Origin: Podarcis cretensis
Taxonomy: Eukaryota
Direction: 5' to 3'
Length of the DNA: 64,000 nucleotides
Assembly (NCBI GenBank): GCA_951804945.1
Contig: OX638155.1
Location: forward strand, 2,604,001 to 2,668,000
Shown here: one piece after another, positions 11,711-26,400 of the stretch
How the letters are laid out: the number at the start of each line of letters is the position of its first letter
Numbering within the stretch: the first letter of the stretch is position 1
Made by a program: the position numbers and the translations under genes
Notes under the pieces: model-generated
Told to the model about the DNA's origin: nothing
Database searches by the model: none
The model's input: the letters and a program-made list of their open reading frames with translations, nothing else

Positions 11711-14700
11711 AGAGGAACTTCTTTAAAAAGGTGCAACTCACCAAATACATTGAAAATCATTGATCACTTAAAAGCACATGCTACATTGAAAAGCAAGCTT
11801 TCACATATCTCCATCTCATTCTAAAGAGTCTATGATCTGTAGCTGCCATTTATTTTAGGCAGAAGAGCAGAGGAGAGATCAATAAACAAACATCAGTTTA
11901 TTTATTAGAAAGTGTACATTGCATTTAAGAGTTTTGTGGTGGGTATTGAGAATTATTATCAGTGCCCATATAGAAAACATGATAAAACTTTACAGACATT
12001 AGTAAGCAAATGGTATTTAACCTGCTCACTTTTTAAACAACTGAATACAACCTTTCTATGGTTTCCAAGTTACTGTCTGCAACTAGGTTTCTTGCATGCA
12101 TTTCAACTAGTACGTAGTTTTCTCTGTCTTGTGTTCACCTCTCTCTCACCTATACTTTAAGCATAGAGTGTAACACAATCCACTACAACTAAAGACTCAG
12201 CTAAGAGTCAGATTAAAATTATCCCTGTCTGCCCTGACCTCTTTTCTCTGCAGGTGAGAGTGTCCCCCTTCACAAGCTAAATGAAGCAGAAATGATGAAG
12301 TGTTTGTTTTCCCTGACTTTTCCTCAGCCTGTCAGTAAATTTACAGGCACGAATATGGAGTGTTAATTTAATGTTCCCACTGAGCATCTCATTGTCAACA
12401 AAGGCTTCAAACCATAGCAGAGGAAAAGGTTAGCTCATGCAGAAAATGACCCTTATGGCTTGATTGCCTCGTGGTCCAGACTAACAGCGAGCAAAAAAAC
12501 CAGAGAGCTTTGACTTCCAGCGTCACACATTTGATGCTAGTAATAAATGAACACTCTCCACCTTAGCTCAAATAAAGAGGCACCTGTAATGCTCACTAAT
12601 TTATTATCTTTGCAGGTAATCTACACAAGCTGAAAGGGGAAACGGGACTGTCTTTGCACAATAATTGCTAATTTAATTTAACCAAAAACTTAAACCCTTC
12701 ATTATCCACACTTTAAACAAAATCATTTTGGTCTCAAAACATTTGTCTAAACACACACACACACACATGATGGTATGGCCCAGGAAATTGCTTTCTTCAC
12801 CAGACAGTTTGAGTCTTTCAGGACTCTGGTGACATGTCACACAGAAAGTCCTACAAGAAAGAGTTAAAATGTTTTTAAAGGTTAAATATCTATACACATA
12901 TATTTATTTGCTCTTGTTTGGAAGAAAGAAAAACAAAACGTACTTAAATAAAATATTTTACACCAGGCTAGTGTTCACAATCTAGGAAAGCAATTCGGAA
13001 ACCTACACAAACACCATGGTGAAAACCATCTTGATTATAAATGAGGGAAGGAATATACTTTCCTCCAGTATATAACACCCCTCCAAGGCAACATGCTTTC
13101 TGGTATTTGAACCAACACTCCAGTTCTTTCTCACAGTTGAGTCCCTAATGGTGCCAAGGTGTTGTCCAAATGTTTCTGTCCTCCTGCACCTTACATTTGT
13201 TCGTGTCAGCTGTCCCTTTCCACCACCGCCAGACCCAGAACCTGATCACAGGTTCTCCCCTCAGCAGATGCCCTTCACAAACTCACAGCAGCATGTTCCT
13301 CTTCCTTGCTAGCCACCCCTGCCTTCCTCTTTCCTCCCTCTCTTCCACTACCCCAACTTCACCTGTCACACTAGCAACTGGAATAATCCTTAAACCTGTG
13401 AACGTGCAAACTCATTCCATGCAGGAAGTAAGGTTTATCTAGAAGAGTTGTAGGTTTAAAAAATACCTTAAGACCAGGCAGTAGCATACAGCAGGGCAGC
13501 ACTCACTTGCTGCTTACTGGAAGGTAAAGGGGCAGGGAGAAAACCGTTTAGTGCTACATTAATGAAGAATGGGAGGAATTTTGCCCTTCACCTCAAGTAA
13601 CAAACTGCCCAGGGCCAGCCCCATGATTCGTCTCAAGGCAGCCTGATCTTATACCCACCTACACATCCTTCAAAAATAAATGCAGATTGTATAATATCGA
13701 TGGCTGAAGGCTGAAATATGTATACCACTTGGAGGATTTTTTTAACAACTATCCTTTGTCAAAAGAACTCAAAAATATTTTGAAGGAAATTATTTTGTCA
13801 TGGCTACTGTGGGCTCAGATGTGTTCTTTTATGCACAGACTCATGACAACACCACAAGGCAACTGGTACAGCCGATAGTGAGAAAATTGTGACTTGGGAA
13901 ACGGACAAGTATAAGCAATATAAAAACTGGACTTCAGGCAGTGTTCTGACCTAAAAGGGATGTGAGAGAATAAATTGATGAAGAAGACTGGAACCAAATA
14001 CAACCCAAAGCTCCCTTTAAATCAGTATCAGCCCAGGCCAGAAAACTGGGTCTTAAAACTCTTCACAAGTGGTACCTAAAACCACAGAGACTTTCTTTTA
14101 ATACAGAGTCCTCTCACTTTTGTTGGAGAGGTTGTTGTGTAACAGGCACAAAACAAACAAATGAAAACAAACCTTGCATAACCTGTTTAAACAGGGGGCA
14201 TAGTGAAATGGGTGTACCACACCATTCTATCATTTTAGTTTCAATAAAATGCTTGGCCTCCACTAATGTTTAGTTTCTGTGGCAAAAGAAGTGTCCAAAG
14301 TTTACAAATGGGAAATTTACTACCTCACCTGCAATTTCCATTTTTCTTCCCACTTTAATATGCAATTTTGGGTCACAATGGAGATCCAGGTATAGATCAC
14401 GAAACTAAATGGCAGTGTTGTCATGGCGGGTGAGAGGAAGAGTGTGGACGTGTCTGGTGTCTCAAGGTGGAGCCCAATGGACATGGAAAGGGAGGTAAGA
14501 AGTTCTCAGGCCAAGCATAATAAAATAATATGCCACATTAATTCTGGCCTTTTTTTTTGTATTTCTTCCCTTAAAGACCTTGAAAAGAAGGCTAAAACCT
14601 TGAAATGGGCAGCCAAACCTGCCATCTATCAACTCTAGGCCACAGTCTATGACAGAGTTAGGCCTCAGTTCATTGAAATAAATAGGCTGAAGGAGACCTA

Positions 14701-15293
14701 ACTCTCAGCTTCATCGTGATATTAATCTTGTTCCCTGCAGAACAAATTAGATCCTGTACTTCACTGCCACTGTACCATGATTTCCTTTTATTGATGGACT
14801 GTCGTCATTTGCACTTCAGAATTATCATGGACATACTATAAACTGAATTGCATTTAGAAATCCAGTCTGCAACTGACGAAACATTATAAACAAAAAACAC
14901 CCTGTTTTTGGCAATCATTTGCCAGTTACATTGTCAGTGAACAGGACTCATTCTGAAAGCAGTGATTCATTCTCGACAATCCTTTCTTAAAACAATTTTC
15001 AGCCTGCAATTTAGATGATAGGAAAATTACAACCTTTGTGAGCTATATCTTGCAGTATAAATGTTATTGCAAGCCAATGAGATAGTCCCCACAAAGCACA
15101 ACACTACCTTCTCCTCCTATTAGTCTCCTAAGTTTTATTGGGACATAATGTGGAGGACAAGGGGCAAATTAATTGACATTTGTAGAGTACGCTTGTAAAT
15201 AAAAAGTAATTAAAAAATAAGAAATATAGTTGTTTGGCCAGTGTTTGGGAATTTTAGATCAAAGCAAACAAGCTATTTTCTTGGGAGATGCAT

Positions 15294-15441
15294 ATAATAA
15301 TATAATAATAATTTGTTTTTTGTACCCTGCCCCTCTGACTGGGTTGACCCAGCCACTCTGGGTGGCTTCCAACAGAATATATAAAAATACAACAGAACAT
15401 CACACATCAAAAGCTTCCCGATACATGATTGCCTTCAGATG
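15294..15441 (-). mobile_element. L2 3'-end fragment
   Basis: Reverse-complement relative of the same L2 tail (CCCAGCCACTCTGGGTGGCTTCCAACAGAATAT). Confidence 0.75.
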
Positions 15442-15760
15442 CATGTATGAGGACACAAACATTATCTGAATTTTGAAAATATTACTTAAAAGGTTGCAGA
15501 TAGTAAAGAATCCTAGCAGTTAAATAGAGGAAAACTGCCTTTGATACTATTCTCTGTATCCTCACTTCAGATTTAGTTTGACTCAGAGTTAGTTTACTCC
15601 TTTTGCTTTATCATGTTTTCTCATGTTTTAGGTCTCTAGCCTTCTTCCATCTATGCTTCTTTAAATCCTCAGCCATCTTCGCATCTCTCCTCTTAACCCA
15701 CCCAACTTAGTAGTGTGTCCGTGTGTCTATGCCCTGTATTTCAGGGGAGCACATACTGTA

Positions 15761-16092
15761 AAAGGTAAAGGTACCCCTGACCATTAAGTCCAGTCGTGGC
15801 TGACTCTGGGGTTGCAGCGCTCATCTCGCTCTATAGGCTGAGGGAGCCGGCTTACAGCTTCTGGGTCATGTGGCCAGCAAAGCAGAGCAGCGCACGGAAA
15901 CGCCGTTTACCTTCTCGCCAGAGCAGTACCTATTTATCTACTTGCACTTTGACATGCTTTCGAACTACTAGGTTGGCAGGAGCAGGGACCGAGCAACGGC
16001 CGTTCACCCCGTCGTGGGGATTTGAACTGCCGACCTTCTGATCAGGAAGCCCTAGGCTCTGTTGGTTTAGACCACAGCACCACCCGCATCCC
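15761..16092 (-). mobile_element. Sauria SINE, near full length
   Basis: Reverse complement of the 23062 and 29774 copies. TSD ACATACTGTA (15751-15760, 16100-16109). Confidence 0.93.
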
Positions 16093-16796
16093 TGTCAGGA
16101 CATACTGTAGACTTGTATAAATGCACTATGATTGTTTTCATACTATTTTCTACTGCATTCTGCACACACCACAACATTGTCAGATAGAAGTTCCCACAAT
16201 AGCGCTTAGTTAAGGGGCAGAAGTACTCCTTTCAAGTACGAAGAATGGTCTGAAGATATGTAACACTCTAGAGGAAACAAGTGCAGCATCATTCTGAGGT
16301 ATGGAGGTGGGGGAATCATCACCTGGCATTCTTGAAAAAGAAAATATATGTGTCCTGTTGCCCTATAGCTCTTAGCAAAAACAACAAAAAGGTGGAAGAT
16401 GTCCTTTCATGATGCTTTTTGAGCTTATATCAAGGACGATCATACAAATCCTTGCATGTTTACTATAACAATGTTTTGCTTAGATAAATGTCCACAGCAA
16501 ATTTGATGGATTCCCATAGGAACCTAATGGCCGCTTGGAGCACACTTTCTAGCTTGCACACAGAAAGATCCAGACCTGCACATCAATCAAGTAGGTGAAC
16601 CTCAAGGGTTCTGAAGCTTATTCTGTGCTGGCAACATTTATGGAACCAAATGATGAGTGAGAATGTTTAGCAAAAACAAAAAGCAATGTTACTCTACCAT
16701 ATTTTTGAGATGGAGAAAATATGCTGAAAAAATTAACCATAGAGATTGATTACACAGATTGGATCTTTAATTTCTGTGCTATCAGTCTATGTCCTC

Positions 16797-17265
16797 CAGC
16801 GGCGTAGCGTGGGTTGTCAGCACCCTGGGCAAGGCAAGTAATTTGCGCCCCCTAACCCGGGGCAAGGCAAGTAATTTGCGCCGCCTAACCTGGGGCAAGG
16901 CAAGTAATTTGCGCCCCTAACCCCTAACCTGCCGCCGCTGCCAGCTTCTTCTTGCTGCTGCCTGGGCTGGTCGGGTGTGGTTCTCTCCCGCGCTCAGTGC
17001 TGCGCTGGGCGGCCGCTGCACTGTCCCTCCCCCAGATAGTCCCTCCCTCGCTCTCTCTCCGCTCCGCACCGCAACGCACACCTGGCACCCTCCCCCTCCA
17101 CAGTGGGCGGCGACCCAGCAGCTCGGATCGGATTCGCACAGCCAGCACTGCAGTGAGAGAGCGTGAGTGAGCCAGGTAGGGGCAGAGAGCTGCGAGTGCG
17201 AGCCCCCCCCCAAATGTTGCACCCAGTGCGGCTGGCCCCCCTGCACCCCCCACGCTACGCCACTG
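16797..17265. mobile_element. Young non-autonomous hAT element with an internal 33-bp x3 tandem repeat
   Basis: TIRs CAGCGGCGTAGCGTGGG / CCCACGCTACGCCACTG. Perfect 8-bp TSD ATGTCCTC (16789-16796, 17266-17273). CpG-rich. Confidence 0.92.
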
Positions 17266-20200
17266 ATGTCCTCCAAAGAATACTTATTATAATTTGATAA
17301 ATCTTTATCTTCTCTTAAAGGGGGGGGGCTAGGAGTTGATTCTTAGATTACAAAATAGGTACGGTTAATCATTTTTAGTTTACATATGAAATAATTTATT
17401 ATGCTTTTTAATTTAAATCACATATATATGTGAAAAACTGTTATAAGCTGTATGTTTATAAAAATAACAATACATCCGTTTCTTCACAACATATAATTTA
17501 TCCAACTTAATGTAATTCTTGTTATGATTAACTTCAAGAAGAGATAGCTTCTTGTAATGTTGGATCGTGCGAGAGAGAGAGAGAGAGAGAGAGAGCGCTA
17601 AAATCTCTACTGTTGATATATCAGAAAGGGCATTGTCAATCCATCCCTTCATAAAAAGCAAATACTTCTGAAGCAATTACATAACCTGCTCTGCCCTCTT
17701 GCCAACTAAGATGGCACCATGAGGAAAACAAATAAAAACAGTCCTGACAAGGAATCTTGAAAAATAAGAGACAGCAGCTGACATAACTCTTAGTCCTTTG
17801 CATGCAATGTAGATAATCACAAAATTGCTCTTGTGCACAAATTAATTCCTGAGGGCAAAACATCTGGTGATTTGATAGAGAGCATCTGTAGTTAGGCCTT
17901 GAAGACCAGCACATAACACTGAAAGAATTTATATTATCCTTGAAGTGCACAATGATACTGCTATTAAGAGGGGGAAAAACTCAGCAAAGGGAAACAAAGG
18001 GACATTCTCTTTATTTCTAGAAAAAATATCTATTTAGGCATAAAGTCCAAAAAATTGTTTCTTGGATGTTCTGTTAGCAATACTGCTTTCCTATGCAGAT
18101 GGGAAACTCACAAATTATCAGGAAAAATTAGGATAAGAAAAACCCACGTATGCCTCATGTTGGAAATATAATTAAGATTTTAGCATGCACTTTCTGCACA
18201 ATTTCTCTTCTCAAGAAGCAACAAACATTTGCAGAATGTTACAATCAACGCACCTTTATTAAAAAGTCCCTTGAAGAGCTTGTCATTTTCTGAATTGCCA
18301 CAACTCCACTGCAGACATTTGATGACTGGTGCCCACAACACCTTATCAGAATTCCACAGGTGCTTCCAAGCCCCAAAAGAGAACTATAAAGTGGGGCACA
18401 TGACCCATACTTCTGCCTTCAACATGAAGTTGCTGACTATTACATGTGGAGACACAGATACTGACATTTTTTCATTATATCTACTTCAGAGTTACATTGT
18501 TTAGACAAATTCATTTTTTTATTTTTTCGAAGTCACTTGAAAAAGGAAGTCAACAGCATTTCTAACTCACAAATGTGAGATGGGTTTTCTTTTGAAGTAG
18601 GTTTGTTTACTATAATCCTTGTGTATTATTTGTTCACACTGTTTGGATTCTACACAATGCAGCTTATTTGCAAATGTTTCAACTAAGCAAACACTAAATT
18701 TAGCTGCAGTTCTGCTTGACATTCCTTCTGAGATGATTACTTGATTTCAAAAACGTATTTTTATATTGCATGCATACCTGTTCCACAGCAGGGAATAATC
18801 ACATGTTTCCAGAATCAGCAAAGACTCAAAGATGTAGAAAAATTAACGAGGGTAAGAGCAATTTTTTAAAAAACAACAACTGTTAATGATCAAAAAGCAA
18901 CCACCGCAGGTTCAACAACAAAGTCTGAAGAAAATAAGCCTACAGGTATGCCACTATACAAAAAGTGATTATTCAGCTATTGATTCAAATAAACTTGAAT
19001 GTTTTCCAGACTGGGAAAATTGATTTTCTAATAATTTCTCTTGAGAGTTGGAAGAATTTAATGCAACTTTAAAAAATCTTTCATAATCCGAAAATAACTA
19101 ATAATCTGTTGCCTTCAAATTTTAAAGTAAAACAGTAGAATTTAGAAAAAAGATGAGACAGCAACAAAAAAACCTGTTCTAATATATATATTATTTATTG
19201 AGTGTGTGTGGAGAGAGAGAGAGAGTTTTGAAAAGAACTGTGTGAAATCCAATTGTGGGAACCCACTAGCAGAATAGCCATTCCACCAATGGGAGCCCCA
19301 GATTTAACATGGTAAAGCTGAATCCAATGTGTGGCTTGGGCCAGCAGCAATGTGTAACTGCTGCTGGAACCTCTACATACCCGCCAAGTGTCTGAATTTA
19401 ACCGGGACATCCTGGATCGACAAAAGCCACCTCTGCTTCTGATTCCAATCCTAGATGTTCTGCTTTAGCCTCTGTGCTCTGGCTGGACTTTTTGGTTCTG
19501 CGCTGCAGCGTGGGTCAGCTGGCTCATACCAGAGCGTGGGATCAAAAAACGGAAGGAAAACTTACCTTGACATTGCATGTCACCCCTCCTCTTGCTCCTT
19601 CAGCTGTGGCACCAGAGGAGGAGGTGGAGGGTGGTCTGGTTCCCCCAGCATCTCCCAAGGCTGTGCAGGCCAGGGCAACCTTCCAGCAGGCCTCTTTGGG
19701 CCGGTTGCCATCTCCTGAGGCTGTGGAGCAGGAGACAGAAAACAGCAGGCGAAGGAGAGGGGAGCGTGAGGGGGGGTGAGCAAGTGAGCGGGATGCTGTG
19801 GCGAGTGGGTAGGCAAGGAAGGGGTCGGCAGGAGGGGGTGAGTGACGGGGTTGGTGGGGTGGTAGGGGGATGCCCCAAATTTTCCTCCCAAAATGTTGGG
19901 GCAACGGTGGGGAGATAGAATGCACTCCTCCAATTCTCCCTTTGCAACTGCAGTCACAGCTTCAACTCAAGCCATGGTTGCAAAGAAGAAACATTTCTTT
20001 GCAGGTGCAGCTTGAAGAAGCCACGCCTACAAAGGAAGAAAGGGAGAAACTGGAGTGTACTCTGAATTGCCTGACATCGTGTGATTGGCAGGTGGGTGCC
20101 CTCAGCTATGTGCCCAAAGTGTCCAAAGTGATTTCCATGGGCCTTACACTGGCAGAGTGATCACAAGTCCCTCCCCTCTGGGGAGCCACTGCCACATCCA

Positions 20201-20813
20201 CAGTCCAGACATTCACAACAGCGGAAGTGGGGGAAGGGGCAGACAGATTGGGCCCAGTCTCTCTCTGCACCAGCTCCAGGCAGACACAGTGATCAGCAGT
20301 ACTGGATCCTGGGCTGGATCAGCCGCACCCCATGCCCAGCACACATTGTTTCAGGATTCCCACTGGGCTCCACTGGCAGGGATACCTTCTGCCCACATGC
20401 CCTTTTGGTGGGTGGAAGGGGGTGGTCAGCAGGAGGTGGCTGTCTGAGCTGGCAGAAGCAGACAGAGGGATTACGCCACTCAATCCGCACACACACCACA
20501 GCTCAGCGTAAGGCACCACCCAGTGTATGTGAACCATTAAGAGCACACAACAACCACTATACTGTAAACACCAAGTACATTGTTGTTAATACACATTAAA
20601 TTACAACAACAGCAACAACAACCTTGTTATACACCTTAAGGGATTATAAGACCAACAAAAGTCAGGCACTTGAAAAATAGATTATCAACAGAGCTTTGAA
20701 CCTTTAAACATAAGTACACACTTAACATATTTATCTTTGGGTGCCTAATACCTGCCTTGAAATGTAGAAGACTTAGCTGGTCAACATGCATGATGCCTCC
20801 CCACAAGCCAGGG

Positions 20814-20815
<2 letters not shown>

Positions 20816-20866
<51 letters not shown>
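20816..20866. repeat. (CA)n microsatellite
   Basis: Seen directly; explains the CVCV/THTH ORFs here. Confidence 0.95.
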
Positions 20867-20867
<1 letters not shown>

Positions 20868-23061
20868 CTGCCTGTAAAAAGCATTCATGTACATTTAACA
20901 TTCTCAGACCATTTCCATCCAAACACATAAACAGCTTTAAATACATAGTTAACCCACTGATTTTTGTCCTCTTTCCTAACCCTACCTGAGTCATGACATC
21001 ACACCTATGTGCACTTAGCATCTTCTTATTTTGGAGCTGCTTAGTAAACAGACATTGCAACAAAAAATATCTTAAGTAAAACCAACATTTTCAAGGACAT
21101 TAGAAGTTACAACTTAGAATGTCAAAACAATATTAAAATCCCTATGAGCATGAGTGATTTGTAAAATTCTGTTCAAAGCACTAGAAATTGGGTTTTGGTC
21201 TGTTGCTGTACCTTACAAGAATGTTTCATCTGCTTCTCTTGTCCCTTTAGTGTTTGATAATGTTCCATTTAAAATCACAAGTCACTTTTCTTTCTGGCAT
21301 CATCCACATTGCATAATTCAAATCAGGCTTGTTTGCATCCACATTGCTTTTATCTTGGATTTTTTTATCTATATTATAGACAGGGTCACCACAATCATTT
21401 ACAAGTGACAGTTGCACAGAGCAGCTGCTACAGCTGTGTTTGCACACCTGCGCTCTCAGTGTCAGTGCATTGAAGAAAAGTCCTGGTTGCTACCCCATAA
21501 TGCCTCCACATGAGTTAGAATCTCATATCAAAATGCTCCTAAAGCAGCAGGGGCAGCTGATGAGGCAGTGTGGTTGGGGGTTTCCCACTGCTCAGAGCTA
21601 AAAAGAGGAAGGAGGATGGACAAATACACTCAAGGCCAATGTATGAAGATGTGCTAAGAAGTCTGTAATTCACATAATGATGTTCCTCAGGCTTGGGGGA
21701 AATGCTGTCACCCAACCATCACCACTATTTACTGTGCACTCTGCAGAGAAATCATGGCAAAGTATTGTGTGCTTAAACACAGAGCTGTATTCATAACCCA
21801 TAGAAAGACAGAGTGGGCATCTAGTGTACTGCAAAAGGGGGTATTGAGTGACAACTGCAGAATCCTTTTTTCTAGCAGCATTTGTCTCCAGCACCACCCG
21901 TTCTGATATAACTGGGTGAGAAGTGGTTGTGGAGAAGGAGGAGAGGGAGGCAGACATGCAGAAGATCCAGCCCTCCCTGCCTCTAGGCCCCTTGCGCTGT
22001 AAAAGCCTCACATGGAACTCCTGCTGCCACATCTACTTTGTCCCACTGGGCGCAGATTCCTAATCCTAAAAATAGTCCTATGCCAAAGGGCTAATTTTAC
22101 TTCAATAACATGCGTATTTTATAGACACAACAGAATCCATACAACAGAATTCATCCCAAGTTCTGATGCAGAGTTAATAAAAGTGAAGTTTTCAAATAAT
22201 GTGCAAGGAAATAATATATGAGTGAAGTATGCACTTTCACTACTAAGGAACATTAGGTTTTGTTTTCTGCTCCAGCACTCAGAATGAGCACCAGAGAGCA
22301 GAAAGAGCATCATCACCCAAAGAGACAAATCTATTGATCTATGCAATAAAAATGGATTTAGCCTGTGGTCAAATGTTTCGGGGGGGGGGGGGCTAGCAAG
22401 ATGTCACCATGGGTATAAATGAAGCACCACCACCAAGAATGCCCTTTCTCAGATCACCATTCCACTGACTCCTCCAGCAGGAAAGCCAGAGGTTCTCTTG
22501 CACCTTCCCTACTGCAATAAATTGGAGACATATAAGAACACAGTATTTTTTGCAATCAGCTTAGAAAGAAGAGGGCTAGTCTGCAGACTAGATCTAGCCG
22601 TTAAGCAACTCTAACATTCGGTAAGTTTGTGAGGGGGTTGCTAATCAGGGTGCTGACAATTTCATTCATCAGGAAAAGAAAGCTTTTTCCAGAGCTTGAG
22701 AGACACAGACATATTCCAGATTTCAATGCTATGGCTCACAGTTGTGGCACCTTTGATGGCCTTAATGCATTGCTGACCCCAGAAGTGCTGTCTGAGGAGT
22801 AGAGTAGCTCCCCAGACTACATGTGGTCATCCATGAGAGTGCACATTGTCTTAACTTTTCTTAAGCACAGAGCAGCCCAGTGGGCCTTTCGTTCCAAGAT
22901 CTTTTTTAAGCTCGTCAGTTCATGAATCAATACTCACATACTCCAAATTCTGTGTTCTGTGTTACGCAGGAGTTTTGGTGTTTTCATGATCCCAAAATCA
23001 CTGTACTCTTTTCAGCACCTGCTAAAAACATTCTTGTATAGACAAGCCTACCCAGATGTTT

Positions 23062-23411
23062 GGGATGCGGGTGGCGCTATGGGTTAAACCACAGAGCCTA
23101 GGGCATGCCGATCAGAAGGTCGGCGGTTCAAATCCCCACGACGGGGTGAGCTCCCGTTGCTCGGTCCCTGCTCCTGCCAACCTAGCAGTTCAAAAGCATG
23201 CAGTGCAAATAGATAAATAGGTACCACTCCAGCGGGAAGGTAAACGGTGTTTCCATGCACTGCTCTGGTTTGCCAGAAATGGCTTGGTCATGCTGGCCAC
23301 ATTACCCAGAAGCTGTACGCGGCTCCCTCGGCCAGTAAAGCGAGATGAGCGCCGCAACCCCAGAGTCGTTCGCGATGACCTAACGGTCAGGGGTCCTTTT
23401 ACCTTTACCTT
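23062..23411 (+). mobile_element. Sauria SINE, full length, inserted in an old L2 3' end
   Basis: tRNA-like head with A/B boxes and an (ACCTTT)n tail. 13-bp TSD TACCCAGATGTTT (23049-23061, 23412-23424). Confidence 0.95.
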
Positions 23412-26400
23412 TACCCAGATGTTTAGAAAGCAATTTTTGTATATGGTTGTGATTTTTTTCTTGATTCTTGTTTTATCTTTTTGTAAACCGCATTGAGGTT
23501 TTTAAAAAACAATAATAAGCAGTGTATAAATTTTATTAAATAAATGTAATAAATAAATAAAACATTTATCATCAACACTTTTCTTTTTAAAAGAACAGCA
23601 AAAGAATGTGAAGTGATACCTAGACTTGTACATTATGGAGAGATGAAAACCAACCCGTTGCAGTCCTGTGATCTGCCAGCTGACTTCACAACAGCAGATG
23701 TCATCTCCCTGTGGGAGCACTGTTGTCTTGTTATCAATGAGACAGATGCACAAATCAGGTAGGCTTATTAGCAACTCTGTAATATCTTAGAAGAAATTAA
23801 TCAATTAAATAAGAGCCCATATGTGTTGGGGGGAGCACTTCTGAGATATAAAAATTGTTTTATTCTGTCAAAGCACTAAGATATTGTTTAAAAAAAATTA
23901 CTTGCTTTGTGCTGTACGCAACAGTTGCCTTCTTTGCCTCCAAAATTAAGGAAAGGGAAAGTTGCTGTGTTTTTAGCAAGTAAACTACTGGTGGGGGTAG
24001 GAATTCCCAAGCTTTTGCATTACATAAACCTTTTCATCAGACAGAAATGATTCACATGTTTTTTTAAAAAAATCTGTACCTCCAAAAATCATTTCATTGG
24101 AACATATGCCAGCTCAACACTGAATAATGGTGTTCCAGATCTGGAGATAATATGTAATATTTTGAATGAGAAAAGCTGGATGGCTGCCAACTTGAAATTG
24201 TGCCAGACACCATCTCCAGCATTTTATCTGATAAATGATGTTGCAATCAGGAGAACAAGCACAGTGCACATAATCCACCAAGGTCTGCTTGAGGAGGGGG
24301 GGGGGGAGCAAGGAACTTGATGTGGCACCAGGGCTTCAAGACAGTATAACCCTTAAATCGGGTCTAGAAACAAATATGCCCATATTTTTTTCCTCTTTAT
24401 AATAATCCTGTTGAAATATTCACAAGATTTGTACATAGTTATGTACAGAATTTCAAATAAACTTTGCTGTACTGGAAAAAGGAAAATATAGTCCCTGCAG
24501 TTTACAACATATCTGCACTACTAATTTAAAGTGATTTTATAGTCATTGCTTCTTCCTAGGAAACTCATAATTCTGAAGAGTTTTCTAACAGAATTCTTAG
24601 CATCTCACCCAAATACACCTCCAAGAATTCTTTTGGGAAAGATGTGACTGTTGCTTTGAGATTCAAGACCGGAATTTCCAGAATTTCCATGATGTTCCTT
24701 TCCAGAAGGAGGCTGGAAAAGTTAGTCTGCACATTCACCACCATTACAGCTGCCCTAAGGTAGTGTTGCCAAATTGCCATTACTTTAAAGGTCCAGCAAT
24801 CTAGTTCCCTGTTCTTCAGCTGAAAAGCCTGTCTCTGCTCTCAGGTGTACAATTTAAAATACACAACACAAAATGAAAAGAAAATGAGGGAAAAGAAAAG
24901 CAGACATAGGCACAAGTTTTTAAAATTCTATTTTGTATATTGAAAAGTTGGAATGCACAAAAAGTTTGTGGAGCCAAATGGAGCTGTTCTCTCTTGTCAA
25001 GTCAATGCAGTGAGCCCTGCTTGCCATCTCTCCCTGCTAGAATACCTACTGCCACATGACAGCTGAAGGAGAGAGAAGCTGAATGGAGTTGGTCTTCCAG
25101 CAGAGCAGAAATAGTGGGTCCTGCTTCCACTTTCTCCCTCTGTTGCAGCCTGATAGCATGACTGCAGCTAGGTGACAAATGCGGAAGAGCCAAAAGCAAC
25201 TGGTTGCTCAGCAGAGCCAATACAGTGGTCCTCCCTCCCTCCACCCAAGTATGTCTATTTCCACCTACTGAACAGCCTCAGCGCTGGAGAAACAAAAGCA
25301 CCTCATCCAGGTCTTATACATTTTGGAAATGTGTTTCATAACATTAACTTCTCCTCTGCTGAGTCTCAAGCTAACATGCTGCAAAGATTTCAGTGGAACC
25401 ATCCTTGCCATCATCCCTGCCACTGTATCACCCTCAGATTCCCCCGTAAAACAGGGGTCTGTGTTGACTCTTATGAGTGACAGCAAATGAGTCTCGATAC
25501 ATTTTCTCATTCCAGGAGTCAGCCATGATCTCAGCAGAATTGTCAGTTATAGCCATCATGCCACCATTTTCTTTTTTAAAGAATATAATTAGAACATTGA
25601 CCAGTTTAGTACTGACTTTCTTATTAGCAAACTTGAACAGTAACAGTTAATGGATTGATACTGTTTTTCCAGTCATATTTTCTAATTAATTTTACTTTCT
25701 TTCTAATTAACTTTACTTAATTGCATGGGCTGTAGTCATCTGCCAAAGAACACACAATTGTTTATCATAGCAACAAAACATTGTAGCTTGAGTGTTGCAT
25801 TCCTACAACAAAAGCGCTACCTGGAGGACAGAGGTTTGGATCCTAGTCAACAAATGAGGAGCTAGTACTGTGCAACTTGTTGAATTAAAAATACAATTTT
25901 CTGGGAAGACCCAAATTCTAACAGTGCGGGAAATATAATTGCTGCTTGCAGAAATACTAGTTTTATTACAAAACTCCTATTTAAATTGGGGATTCAGTTT
26001 CTTCCTGTGCAGCATCTCAAGCAATAAAGCCTTTTTTTCTGTAGAACCTCCATCAACTTTCACATCCAAACCAAATACTCATTTTCAGCTCATGGCAGGT
26101 GTTCCCTAGCCCAAATAATAGACAGATTGAGATACATGAACAGAAATAGCTGTGTTCCCATCATCTTTGCTTGCAAGACTCAAGGTCAACAAAAATCTTT
26201 AATAAAAATGAAGAGCTTGGAGTTTGTCAAGCTGTGTCTTGGCATCCATTTTTAAAATATTCAGGCAGTAATTAGGAAATTACTTCAGCAAAGCTAATGC
26301 AGCAGGGCAGAGGTCATGAATATGCTTGGATCAACTTCACTCTTTCTCCAAAGGGACCTAGTCCATCTCTTTCACTTTTAATCTGAGGGTGAGAATAGCC

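Noticed and set aside
16823-16929. CRISPR-like repeat array
   Set aside because: Head-to-tail tandem units with no unique spacers, inside a TIR/TSD-bounded transposon in a vertebrate genome.
19380-20530. Cluster of overlapping 100-127 aa ORFs
   Set aside because: A GC-rich, stop-poor patch, probably decayed DNA transposons. No recognisable domain or splice structure, and I could not define the element ends.
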